Shown: in pieces, positions 46,079 through 55,725 of the stretch
How the letters are laid out: each line of letters begins with the position of its first letter
How positions within the stretch are numbered: the first letter of the stretch is position 1
From: a virus
Lineage: Duplodnaviria > Caudoviricetes
Strand: one strand, 5' to 3'
Virus record (IMG/VR): IMGVR_UViG_3300014204_000111
Coordinates: 32,001 to 96,000 of that record
Length of the DNA stretch: 64,000 nt
Made by a program: the position numbers and the translations under genes
Notes under the pieces: generated by a model
The model's database searches: none
The model's input: only the letters and a program-made list of their open reading frames with translations
Told to the model about the DNA's origin: nothing

Positions 46079-46617
46079 TAAAGATTAAGTAGTTTTTTCA
46101 TTTCGTCTATTGTATCATTGAAGTTAGGAAAGTTTCTATTACCATAGATAGCGTGCCAAGTTTCGTGGCAATTGGAGCATAATACAACACATTTACTGGC
46201 TTCTTCTATAATTCTTTCTTTTTTACAATTTCTTAAAGTTGAAATACCGTAATCTTTATCATTATAATCGAGATGATGGAATATTAAGGCTAAAGAATTA
46301 TTATATCCACATAAACAGCATTTAATTTTGAGAGTTCTAACAAATTCGGTATTAGTTTTGCAAGTTTCACTAAAACATTTTTTACATCTCGAAGCGTAAC
46401 CATCATAATGCGTTATGTCTGTATAAAACTCTATTTTATTTTTAGTTTCTTTACATTGAGAACAGGTTTTATATGATAAATTTTTATCTTGTTTTGATTT
46501 TCCTCTACGAAGTGCTGCTGATTTTTGACTAGCGAATAATAATTGTGCTCTACCTTCTGGAGTACTTATGCGTTTTCTTGCTTTGTCTCTTAGTTTTTGT
46601 TTTGTTTCTTCCGTCAT
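46078..46617 (-). CDS. HNH homing endonuclease with Zn finger
   Basis: CSQC...CKKC; CCLCG, FHHLD, LCSNCHETWH. Confidence 0.88.
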   Translation of the reverse strand: MTEETKQKLRDKARKRISTPEGRAQLLFASQKSAALRRGKSKQDKNLSYKTCSQCKETKNKIEFYTDITHYDGYASRCKKCFSETCKTNTEFVRTLKIKCCLCGYNNSLALIFHHLDYNDKDYGISTLRNCKKERIIEEASKCVVLCSNCHETWHAIYGNRNFPNFNDTIDEMKKLLNL

Positions 46618-46639
46618 TGTTTTGTCCTAAAATAAAATT

Positions 46640-46705
46640 GCCCCAGCGGACAGCCTGACGAAGGGCGAACTGAGGCATTCTACAATTGGATTTCGTCATT
46701 GTCCA
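46640..46705 (-). ncRNA. Pseudoknotted leader RNA of HNH gene (copy B)
   Basis: TGGACA/TGTCCG, TGACGAA/TTCGTCA, GCCTCAG/CTGGGGC. Confidence 0.75.
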
Positions 46706-46736
46706 GTTTATTTTACCCATATTTAACTGAAAAGAT

Positions 46737-46765
46737 GTTTGAGCATCAGTAATATTGGGAATAAT
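46737..46765 (+). promoter_or_regulatory. Phage promoter (SigB-like)
   Basis: GTTTGA-N14-GGGAATAAT. Confidence 0.65.
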
Positions 46766-46819
46766 ACATTGAACAGGAAATCCCGTCTATATCGTAAAAT
46801 TATTTAGGTTGGTGTTAAA

Positions 46820-47182
46820 ATGGCAAAATTTCGTGATGCTAATGGAAACATTGTTGAAGGCGTAGCAATTAACGAAGCATCGGATAAGAGGATTCAAGCA
46901 AAGTTGGCTTGTGGTCTATCACCTCGTGGGCGCTTAATGAAGATTCCGGCGGATGATAATCAGGTTGTCCTTTTCAATGCTTATTCAGAGGCTCTTGAGT
47001 CTTTGATTAGTTCCGAGGATGCTCTAACTGTATTGGGCAAGACTACAATTAATATGCTTAGGACTGCTAAAGATAACCTATCAAAAGGTGTCAATGCATA
47101 TCAACGCATGAAGAGTAATGGTCTTACTCTTGCTGATTTTGCTAAGCCTGCTCCTGTGGTAGAAACTTCCGAAGTAGGGTAA
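46820..47182 (+). CDS. Hypothetical protein
   Basis: 120-aa ORF with its own promoter. Confidence 0.65.
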   Translation: MAKFRDANGNIVEGVAINEASDKRIQAKLACGLSPRGRLMKIPADDNQVVLFNAYSEALESLISSEDALTVLGKTTINMLRTAKDNLSKGVNAYQRMKSNGLTLADFAKPAPVVETSEVG

Positions 47183-47190
47183 ATTAAATA

Positions 47191-47525
47191 ACTACGTCTT
47201 AATTGAAAGGTTAAGAATATCGCACAGGGCAGCCTGGGGTGGTAAAATAGCTTAGAGAAGTTAGATGCCGCCAAGAGTGTTACTTGGCGGTTTTTGCTCC
47301 TGTGTTTAGGAACCTGCGAAAGTGGGTAAAATAAGACTAACAGCACCCAGAAGGCTTAGTTAGTGTCTTGTAACGGACAACTATCCTAAGTGCTTAGGAA
47401 AGTTTCCCATACTAAATGCCGACCACCTGGGTCTTTTATCTCGATATATCTCAGAAATTCTGCTATGGTTGTTAACCCTCTTATAAGAGGGCAGAGTGGA
47501 TTGTAAATTATCGAGTTTTCGTAGT
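47191..47525 (+). ncRNA. Large structured RNA of unknown class
   Basis: Many helices, two GAAA tetraloops, long-range pseudoknot, paired ends; no long + strand ORF. Confidence 0.6.
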
Positions 47526-47595
47526 CTCTTAGTTTAGCAGCAGAAACATTGCCTTGTCACGGCAAAGATAGCGAGGGCAGCACTCGTAGGGACTG
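47523..47595 (+). tRNA. tRNA-Asp(GTC), atypical T loop
   Basis: ttgcc-ttGTCac-ggcaa; acceptor AGTCTCT/AGGGACT. Confidence 0.8.
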
Positions 47596-47649
47596 TTTTA
47601 TTTTTAAAATTTGTTCATTGAAAATTGTTTGCAAATTATTAATAACAAT

Positions 47650-47929
47650 GCCCAGGTGGTGAAATTGGCAAACACAAGGGACTTACATAAAATTGAGCGT
47701 ATATAAAGGAATTTATATATGGATGTCGCCTAATTCGGTGAAACCTAAGTCAAAAGATATGGCAATACCGAGCCAAACTCTAATAAGAGAAGTGTGTAGA
47801 GACTATACAGCGACCATCCAGAACGGATGAAGATAGAGTCCAGACCCCAAACTTAACAGGTAGAGAAATCTATGGTGGTATGAAAATCCCTCGGCTTCGG
47901 TCTTACGGGTTCGATTCCCGTCCTGGGCA
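47650..47929 (+). tRNA. tRNA-Leu(TAA) interrupted by group I intron
   Basis: Exons 47650-47684 and 47883-47929 join to aggga-ctTAAaa-tccct. Confidence 0.9.
47685..47882 (+). mobile_element. Group I intron (198 nt, no ORF)
   Basis: Inserted after U34, ends in G; core AATTCGGTGAAACC, GTAGAGACTA, AAGATAGAGTCC. Confidence 0.9.
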
Positions 47930-48860
47930 TTTATTTTAAATTAGGAGATAATTATGGAGAAATCTTGTTGGTGGATAGAAGGTGGATTATGTTATTTAGA
48001 GCATAATCGTAGAAATACTACAGATGGACGTTCATGTGTTAAATGTAATGGTGTATGTAAGGGTTATATTTCTAAAAGAGAATTTCTTTCACAGTTTATT
48101 CCAAGTGATAAATTGATAATTATGAGCGAGGAAAGTAATATAAATGAAAATTCAATTGATTGTTTATGAAATTTTTGCATGTAATAGTCGTAGAATATTT
48201 CCAAGATTTCCATCTATTCCTCTTGGTGACAAAGTAGATTGTATAAAATTTATGATGATTTCTCATAATAATGTGGTTCCTTTATCAAAAATATGGAAAG
48301 CAACAAAGAGAAAAGAAGGTACACAATAAATGGATGTTAAATTAATTGCTCTTATTATTACGGCTATGGCAGACCATTATTTAGGATATGAATTTGATAT
48401 ACGTAACTTTTACCTTAAATATCATAAATCTATGAATCTTTGCTCAGGTAATAATTTAACTCATATTTGGTCACAGCTTGAACATAGAAGTATAAATTAT
48501 AAGCGGAGTGTAGAATGAAATTTTTATTTCCCAGGTTTATTGCTGTTGAAATGACACTAGGAACGTGGAAAGAAATTTGCCATTTAAATTTCTTTGATAA
48601 AAAATGTATGGCTTTAAATTATGTTTCAGGAACAACATTTTTATCTATGACAAGAATGTTAGAAGAGCTAAAAAAGCTTCTATAACACTGGAGAATACAA
48701 AGAAATGTATAGTATATTATGGTATATAAAATCTTCTATCTATATTAAGATAAAACGAGAATCAGGAATATCTCCTTCTTCTTTATCTCTTTACTGGAGA
48801 GTGTTATGTTTACTGAAAGGTGTTAATGTTTCCATAAATCTATAGCATATAAAATATCAA

Positions 48861-48935
48861 GGATGGTTATCACTCTGAGAGCGAGACAAGCTGTTAACTT
48901 GTTATAGGATAGTTTGATTCTATCACCATCCGCCA
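48861..48935 (+). tRNA. tRNA-Asn(GTT)
   Basis: acaag-ctGTTaa-cttgt, GCCA end. Confidence 0.85.
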
Positions 48936-48946
48936 TTTTTTTATGC

Positions 48947-49018
48947 GCCCTTAAAGCGTAGATAGCGACGCGGGACTCCTGTAAAGTTCAGAGAATTGTG
49001 CAAGTCAATTTGGGGGCT
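48947..49018 (+). tRNA. tRNA-Thr(TGT)
   Basis: ggact-ccTGTaa-agttc; acceptor begins GCC. Confidence 0.75.
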
Positions 49019-50325
49019 TTTGAACTCTAAATAAGGTAATAAAATGATGTTTTTTATTAAATTAATCAGTCTTAAAATTAGAGATTACAGAACATTTGGT
49101 TTAGAATTTAATGATTATTATCCTTATTATTGTTTGCGTAAACCATTTTTTAATCATGCATTATCAGTTTATTTTGACATCTTTATTAGGTCGATAAAAT
49201 CATGACATTATTTTTGCATTTAATTAGCACTATTTTACATATGAAGAAATTCAATCCTTATCGTAAATTTAATTATAATATAAGAGAGTGGAGAGTATTA
49301 TATCCTAAGCTTATATTTAATAATAAATATAAGAGCAGATATCCTCTAAAATTAAGTGATGTTCTTAGATGTATGAAAAATGAGAAGAAAAGTGTGTCTA
49401 GAAATAGAGCGTTTAAATGAAAATACGAATAATAGCTTTTATGATTAATAGGTTGTTCTGGAAAAAATATTTTAATATAACTCCTGAAGAAAAATTTCTT
49501 TCTCAGACTCAGTGTGGGATGGTTAATCCATTATCAACATTATGGAGATATTTAAAAAAGTGAAGATACAATTAATAGCATTTAAAATTATGTTGTTACA
49601 TCATGTTAAATCAAATAGGGGATTTAGCTTAACATTCTTTGATTTAAAGAAGATTAACCAAGAGTTAGACCATCGTTCAATGGGAATGAGAACAATTAAG
49701 TCTTTGTCTCTTTATTGGGGAGAAATTAAGTGCAAGAACTTTTATTCTTATAGTGTGCAAATATGATTTTTAAACTAATTGCTACGGTTATTTTATTAAG
49801 AACTTATCATTCACAACATCTTTCTCTTAGAGAGCATTATAAGGCTTATACTATTTTTATGTCTACAGATTTAGAATTACCATTGTCTGAACTACTTAAT
49901 CGTTTAAAAAGATGTCTGAGATAAATCGTTATAAGGAATCAATTAAATGAGATTGAAATTAATTGCTGTGATAATGGGTTTAATGTATATGGATAGATTG
50001 AAAGTTTATCGTAATGACTTATATAATCTTAGTAAAAATCCGGATATAAGTTTTTCTAGTGGCTTAGTAAACGTTTGGAAAATAATAAAGGAAGAGAGAA
50101 AGAGTAAAAGATGAAATTTAGATTAATTATTTTAATAATATGTATAATGTCTACACACCAAGGTAATAATATACATAAAATATTTGATTTATACGATATA
50201 TATGACTTAAGTAAAAATTCAAATTTCACTTTTATTAATAGCTTATCAAATATTTGGGAAGAAGTTAAATTATCAGGTGTTTGGGAAATTTAAACTAATC
50301 TCTATAGGTGTATGTGCGTTTCTCT

Positions 50326-50353
50326 GTTTAAAACCTCCTAGAACGGGTATAAT
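50326..50353 (+). promoter_or_regulatory. Phage promoter (SigB-like)
   Basis: GTTTAA-N13-GGGTATAAT, 7 nt before tRNA-Gly. Confidence 0.75.
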
Positions 50354-50360
50354 GAGTTAT

Positions 50361-50435
50361 GCGGGTATGATGTCAATGTCAGCATGGGGCGCTTCCAACG
50401 CCTTCGTCAGAGTTAGAGCCTCTGTATCCGCTCCA
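50361..50435 (+). tRNA. tRNA-Gly(TCC)
   Basis: gggcg-ctTCCaa-cgcct, TCCA end. Confidence 0.88.
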
Positions 50436-50448
50436 ATTTAGAGTTTAC

Positions 50449-50631
50449 GGGAGAGGTCTATAAGTCTCATTTTGAGGTATCAATTTTATACTCAATGAGT
50501 GTCACTCTTATAGATATGGTAAGTCCTACGGGCATCAATTTGGTGTAATGAGCACGCTCCCACAATTTGAAATACCTAAGATGCCTCCTGTGAGTTCCGT
50601 GGGATGGAGATGAGGTATGCCTTAACGGAAC
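50449..50631 (+). ncRNA. Candidate structured RNA(s) between tRNA-Gly and tRNA-Ala
   Basis: Closed multistem 50449-50561 plus pseudoknot 50572-50631. Confidence 0.45.
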
Positions 50632-50701
50632 CATAATGAGTATAACAAGAATTATACATAGGCTTTTTAGTTTGAAATTAAATATTTAAGGTAGTAAATA
50701 T

Positions 50702-50776
50702 GGGCGATTAGTGCTAATGGTAAAACATCTGCCCTGCAAGCAGAAATTATCAGTTCGACTCTGATATTGTCCACCA
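50702..50776 (+). tRNA. tRNA-Ala(TGC)
   Basis: tctgc-ccTGCaa-gcaga; G3:U70; ACCA. Confidence 0.9.
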
Positions 50777-51015
50777 ATTTAATAATATGGATATACAAAT
50801 AGTAAGAAAAATGATATGTTATAAAGCATCTTATTTATGGAATAGAGATTTTGATAAATATATAAGGACTTATTATGAGGATGGTAACTTTTATAGCGAA
50901 GGACATATGGGGTATTCTGAATCAATAAAAAAGACTTTTCGTAATTTAAAGATGGGAAGAGCAGCAATTAAGAGAAAAGAAATTTTTCCTATTTGGTATT
51001 ATGGATTTAAAAAAT

Positions 51016-51107
51016 GGAAGAGGAACCATACAAGCGCGCTGGCTTCGCCTTGAAAGCGAAAGGGACGTGTAAAAGCGTTTGGGGAGCGTGACCTCTCTCT
51101 TCCGCCA
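51016..51107 (+). tRNA. tRNA-Ser(TGA)
   Basis: ttcgc-ctTGAaa-gcgaa, variable arm, GCCA. Confidence 0.85.
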
Positions 51108-51560
51108 TTTATTTTAGGATAAACAATGAAGATAACAGACCCTAAATATGACCCAAGCAATGCCTTACATAGTGCATTCTTTGAACAACTGGAACTTTGA
51201 ACAACTGGAAGAGTTATGCCAAAATAATCCTGGTATAGAATATAGGTATGATTGGACAAGGGAGATTGGAACTGATGTTTGGTATCCCGTATTTTTAGGT
51301 ATGTCTGTGCGTATAAAGTTAAAGAGATATCCAGAAAATGCTGATTTGGAAATATAAATGATTAATAATAAAGAGGTATATAATTATGGAAGTGATTGTA
51401 GTTAGACAAAGAGACCAAGAAACTCTTGAAGAGCAAGATGTAAGAGTTTTTGTCTCTTCAGATGAAGCACAAGCAGTTTGCAATAAACTAAATGTTGAGT
51501 ATGAAGTTATTATTTTGGAAGAATTAATTTGTGGTGATTTTGAAAAAATTAGGAAAGAAT

Positions 51561-51635
51561 GACCTTATCGTATAGTGGTAATTACGATTCTCTGCAAAAG
51601 AATAGACAGTAGTTCGATTCTACTTTTGGTCTCCA
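51561..51635 (+). tRNA. tRNA-Cys(GCA)
   Basis: attct-ctGCAaa-agaat, U73, CCA. Confidence 0.85.
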
Positions 51636-51639
51636 ATAA

Positions 51640-51713
51640 TGGCCTGTAGTTTAATGGTAAAACTTCTGCTTTACACGCAGATGTTGGGGATTCGATTTCC
51701 TTCGGGCCAACCA
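51640..51713 (+). tRNA. tRNA-Val(TAC)
   Basis: tctgc-ttTACac-gcaga, ACCA. Confidence 0.88.
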
Positions 51714-51744
51714 TTTTAAATTTGTTGATTCCCGAACTATTTAT

Positions 51745-51831
51745 GGGAGAGCGTTGGAGTTAGAGAGCCAAGACAGACTGTAAATCTGTTCCCTTCGGGG
51801 TGAGTAGGTGCGAATCCTACCTCTCCCACCA
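51745..51831 (+). tRNA. tRNA-Tyr(GTA)
   Basis: acaga-ctGTAaa-tctgt, variable arm, ACCA. Confidence 0.9.
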
Positions 51832-51846
51832 TAAAGAGGTTTTATT

Positions 51847-52991
51847 ATGAATAGTTTTTTAAGTTTAATTGTATATTATTTTCGTATAAATGGATGGTTT
51901 CGTGGGGTTGATATTAAAGAAAAATTAGAATGGGTTTCATTTAAAAGAGTAAGACAACATCACAAAGCGCTTTTTTCCTCTTTATCTGAATGTTTAAATT
52001 ATCAGAAGAGAAAATAAATGTCTTTAAAAAGAATTTTTGATTGTGCTTTACTATGGTTTTTTAATGCAAGTGTTGGAGTAGAATATGAAGATATAGATGA
52101 AAAACAATATCTTCTTAAACATTTAAGAATGGCGCATATTGTTGAGCCTCTTACTGAATTATTAGTGTTAGCTAAGTTTAAGGAAGATTGTATTGAAAAA
52201 TAATCTTGAAAATGTTCTTTTATTGGCTTATAATTATTTTGTTTGGGGAGGAGTTATTAGTGATGATTGGCCTATGAAAAACAAATTATACTGGGTTAAA
52301 AATGAAGTATTAAAGGAGCTTCATTCTTTATCTTGGTATTTAGATTGGATTAAAAATCACATTAAGGAATTTTCAGAGTTATAAATATTAATGGTGGTTC
52401 GTCTAATTGGTAGCTGACCTTACCCTTTGAAGGTAAAGATGGGAGTTCGAGTCTCTCACCACCAGTTTTTTAAAATACTAATATGCCCAATAATGGTGCA
52501 ATTTATGAATATAATAAAGAGAATTAGAGATATAATTATAAGTAAAGCTAGGAATACTTTGATTGGACAAAATTTTGCATTGCTTCATTTTATCTCTTTA
52601 TCTTCTATGTTACATATTATCAAGGCAAATAAATGATATTCACACAATTAGTTTGTTTAAAAATGTTCCACAAATCTCAAAAATACGAAATACCTTTCGT
52701 AGAGGCGTATTATACTTGTAAAAGACATAGGCTTCATCATTATACATGGCAACAAAAAATAAAAGAATCTTGGAATATACTGTATAGACAAGCAATTCAT
52801 AGGAACAAATTATGTTAAAACAATTTCTTAGGTTGTGTGTCGTTACAATATTTAATCATAGATATGGTGGACGTTTACAATACAACAACCGACAACTTGT
52901 ATCAGTATGTTTTCGCTTTGGTAAATGTAGATTAATATTCGGGTTATCTTATTATTTAGAATCTTTGATACGATTTAGTCAAAATAAATAA
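51847..52991 (+). other. Second block of related microprotein ORFs
   Basis: 51847-52017, 52018-52203, 52193-52384, ~52492-52636, 52633-52818, 52812-52991; LSxxL-type C-terminal helix in most. Confidence 0.55.
52392..52465 (+). tRNA. tRNA-Gln(TTG)
   Basis: ttacc-ctTTGaa-ggtaa; U1-A72, G73. Confidence 0.88.
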
Positions 52992-52999
52992 AATTATAT

Positions 53000-53071
53000 G
53001 TCTCTTTAGTTTATATAGTAAAACAAGAATCTCCAAAATTTTAGAAGTCTGTGCAAGTCGGACAAGAGGCG
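53000..53071 (+). tRNA. tRNA-Trp(CCA)
   Basis: agaat-ctCCAaa-atttt; G73. Confidence 0.8.
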
Positions 53072-53099
53072 TTTGAAATTTCTCTGTGTTGGGTATAAT
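53071..53099 (+). promoter_or_regulatory. Phage promoter (SigB-like)
   Basis: GTTTGA-N14-GGGTATAAT. Confidence 0.75.
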
Positions 53100-53149
53100 A
53101 ATGTGTGCTGGTGACGGTTCATCGTCTTAAAGCTAGTGCCAGCCATTTC

Positions 53150-53220
53150 GCCCCGGTAGTTTAACAGAAGAACATAAGACCTTCAATCTTAGAGTCGGAG
53201 TGCGATTCTCCGTCGGGGTA
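53150..53220 (+). tRNA. tRNA-Glu(TTC)
   Basis: taaga-ccTTCaa-tctta. Confidence 0.8.
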
Positions 53221-53222
53221 AT

Positions 53223-53840
53223 TTACTTTTTAATTGGAATCGGTTCTTTTAAATTATGATGGACTTCCCAATGACAGTTAGGACAAACTAGCATTAAGTT
53301 AGTAGGAGAATTGACAACAGAAAGTAATTCGTTGATATCGAATTCTGGAATAGGTTTAATATGATGAATTTCAACATAATTAGAATATCCACAACAAGAA
53401 CAGACCATTGGAAGTTGCATTTTTTTAATTAATACTCTTGCTAATTCTCTTATTCTAGCATTTTTATTTTTGCTAGTAAGAACCTCTGAGATGGTTATAT
53501 CTTGTTTATTTATTATGGCTATTTTATGCGGTCTACATTCTGGACAATATTTTCTATTAGACCTGATTGGAGTATCACAAATAAAACACCTACCTTCTAA
53601 TGGACGAACACCCGTTGTTCTAGTTAAATTGGTATGAGTACCAGAACAAGATTGAGAACAAAATTTTTGTCTATTATCTGTTGCAATAAAATGTTTATTA
53701 CATTGTAAGCAATATTTATCTGGGATTGCTTTCCATAATTTATAGCAATCAGAAGAACAAAAATGATGGGTATATTTATTTGCATCTGAAGGTTTTCTTT
53801 CAAAAGTTTTTTGACATTGGGTGCAAGTGAGTTGTATCAT
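53223..53840 (-). CDS. HNH endonuclease with Cys-rich repeats
   Basis: C..C...F, FCS..C repeats; EIHHIK, NLMLVCPNCHWEVH; probable start 53840. Confidence 0.88.
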   Translation of the reverse strand: MIQLTCTQCQKTFERKPSDANKYTHHFCSSDCYKLWKAIPDKYCLQCNKHFIATDNRQKFCSQSCSGTHTNLTRTTGVRPLEGRCFICDTPIRSNRKYCPECRPHKIAIINKQDITISEVLTSKNKNARIRELARVLIKKMQLPMVCSCCGYSNYVEIHHIKPIPEFDINELLSVVNSPTNLMLVCPNCHWEVHHNLKEPIPIKK

Positions 53841-54748
53841 AGTAATAGTATTTTTACCCATATTTTAAGTTCGAACCCCATCCGCGCTGCTTTATTTTTT
53901 AATAGAAACTATCTTTTAAATTAAAGGAACCATTAATGTTTGTAGCAGATTATATTTATAGATATGTACATGATGAACAACCTGATGCTTGTTATGATTT
54001 GGGAAGAGCATTTATCAATATTGTTAATTGTATTGAAGCAGATGAAGGGTTTTATTCTGATGGACAAGAATTTCATAGAATTAGACCTCAATTTAGGGAT
54101 AATTATCCAAAATATTTCTTAACTGGCAATAATGTTGCTATGGAAATTAGAAATGACCGTGCTGATGGTAGAACACTTATTGCCTATTTTACGAGAGAAA
54201 GAGTTTGGGATATGAGAGATGACTTAATTTTAGATGAAAAAGGATTTCTTTTAAAAATTATTAAATATTATGATTAAGTGGAGAATAAAATGATTTATGT
54301 GTATATTGATGAAGATTCTGGACGTTTAGCTATTCAGAAAGGTAAAAAACTTAAGAGAGATGAAACAAATGTATATTGGTCTCCAGAAGTAAAGAGTAGC
54401 GGAAATGCTAAATGGAAGTATGACGAAACGAATTTTGAAGAATGGATTGCTGGTCTAGTTGAATTTTTAAATGAATAGTTTTAATAAGTTCTTATTGATA
54501 ATTGTCGATACATTTATCTATCATGGTAATTTTAAATTTTTATCATTATCGGAATATTTAGAATATCTAAAAAAAGGAGGTTAATATGCGAATTTTTATT
54601 GTTTGTCTTGTGGCTCTTTTCTGTCTTGGCTCTTTAGTTGCCTGTAATACCAAGAATGTTGGTAACGAAGGAACTACAGCGGCCACGAATTAAATAGTAA
54701 TGAAGAGAGAAATCTCATTTCTATTCTAAAGTATATATTATCCATCAA

Positions 54749-54821
54749 TCCGACGTAGTGTAAAAGCTTAGCACATCAAGTTGTGGACTTGGGAGAGTGG
54801 GAGCGTTACCCACCGTTGGTA
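54749..54821 (+). tRNA. tRNA-His(GTG)
   Basis: tcaag-ttGTGga-cttgg. Confidence 0.75.
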
Positions 54822-54827
54822 ATTTAT

Positions 54828-54904
54828 GCTCGCGTAGTTTAATTGGATAAAATTCGGAGTTGTGTCCTCCTGAGATTTCAGTTCGAATCTGAACGCTTGT
54901 ACCA
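54828..54904 (+). tRNA. Atypical or degenerate tRNA, GTG anticodon
   Basis: Canonical D and T arms, ACCA end, mismatched acceptor stem. Confidence 0.55.
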
Positions 54905-54906
54905 TT

Positions 54907-55314
54907 TTGAGGAAACAAATGATTATTAGAAGATTTACATATGAAGATAATCTAGATAGATTAGTTATTGCAAGAGATGATAAAGATTGGAAGATGGCAG
55001 ATAAAATTAAAAATTATCTTCTCTCTTTATCTTTCAAGATTATGATTTATCCAGATGGTGCTATAGTAATGCACAAAACAATAAAGGGGCAAGGAATTAT
55101 TATCCAGAGGGAAGTTGGCGGAATATTCAAGTGTTCTAATGAATTTCCAGAAGCCAGAGAACTTTACTACAATAAAGCGTTAAATAAATATATATATGTT
55201 CCTCTTGATGTAATAAAAGCGAAGGAAAAAATTAATCTCTTAAAAAGAGATTTAATGTTACATGAATGGATAGAAATTTTCCATAATACACCTACTCATA
55301 TAAATAGGCTATGA
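54907..55314 (+). CDS. Stand-alone protein resembling the CysRS C-terminal anticodon-binding domain
   Basis: ARDDKDWKMADKIKNYL...IYPDG resembles AR..KDW..AD.IR..L...G....D...G. Confidence 0.55.
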   Translation: MRKQMIIRRFTYEDNLDRLVIARDDKDWKMADKIKNYLLSLSFKIMIYPDGAIVMHKTIKGQGIIIQREVGGIFKCSNEFPEARELYYNKALNKYIYVPLDVIKAKEKINLLKRDLMLHEWIEIFHNTPTHINRL

Positions 55315-55692
55315 CACTAACTAATTTTTTAAATTTGATTGTATATTCTCTCTGTAAGACAGAAAATATTATGACAAATAATAGCATTGGACTTGAGGAT
55401 AAAATTATTCGAATGAAAGTAATAAATAAGAAAATGTTGACCTCTTTATCTATAAGATTGAAAGAATTAAAATATGGCTATGACAAAATATTCAGGTAAT
55501 TGAGGTCATAATATGAAATTAACTAATTTTTTAAATTTAATTCTATATTCGTTATGTTTTAATGATAAGTATTATCAAAATTCCTTAACTAGCAAAATTA
55601 CGTCGATTAAATTTTTAGATAAAAAGATACTTTGGTCTACAGAACAATCATTAAAAATGAAAAAATTGGAAAAATTAAATTATCATTAAACT

Positions 55693-55720
55693 GTTTTGAA
55701 AACGCTCTACGGGGTATAAT
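55693..55720 (+). promoter_or_regulatory. Phage promoter (SigB-like)
   Basis: GTTTTG-N13-GGGTATAAT. Confidence 0.7.
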
Positions 55721-55725
55721 TATAC

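Larger units (their letters stand above)
48144..50293 (+). other. Tandem array of related 45-70 aa microprotein ORFs (core block)
   Basis: 48144-48329, 48330-48518, 48515-48685, 48705-48845, 49202-49420, 49417-49563, 49560-49766, 49763-49924, 49947-50114, 50111-50293; MKxxLI..I start, LSxxWxxxK end; overlapping start/stop codons. Confidence 0.7.

Noticed and set aside
53150-53220. Possible TCA (Sec/opal suppressor) anticodon in CCTTCAA
   Set aside because: The 5-bp stem centres TTC in a 7-nt loop; there are no tRNA-Sec features.
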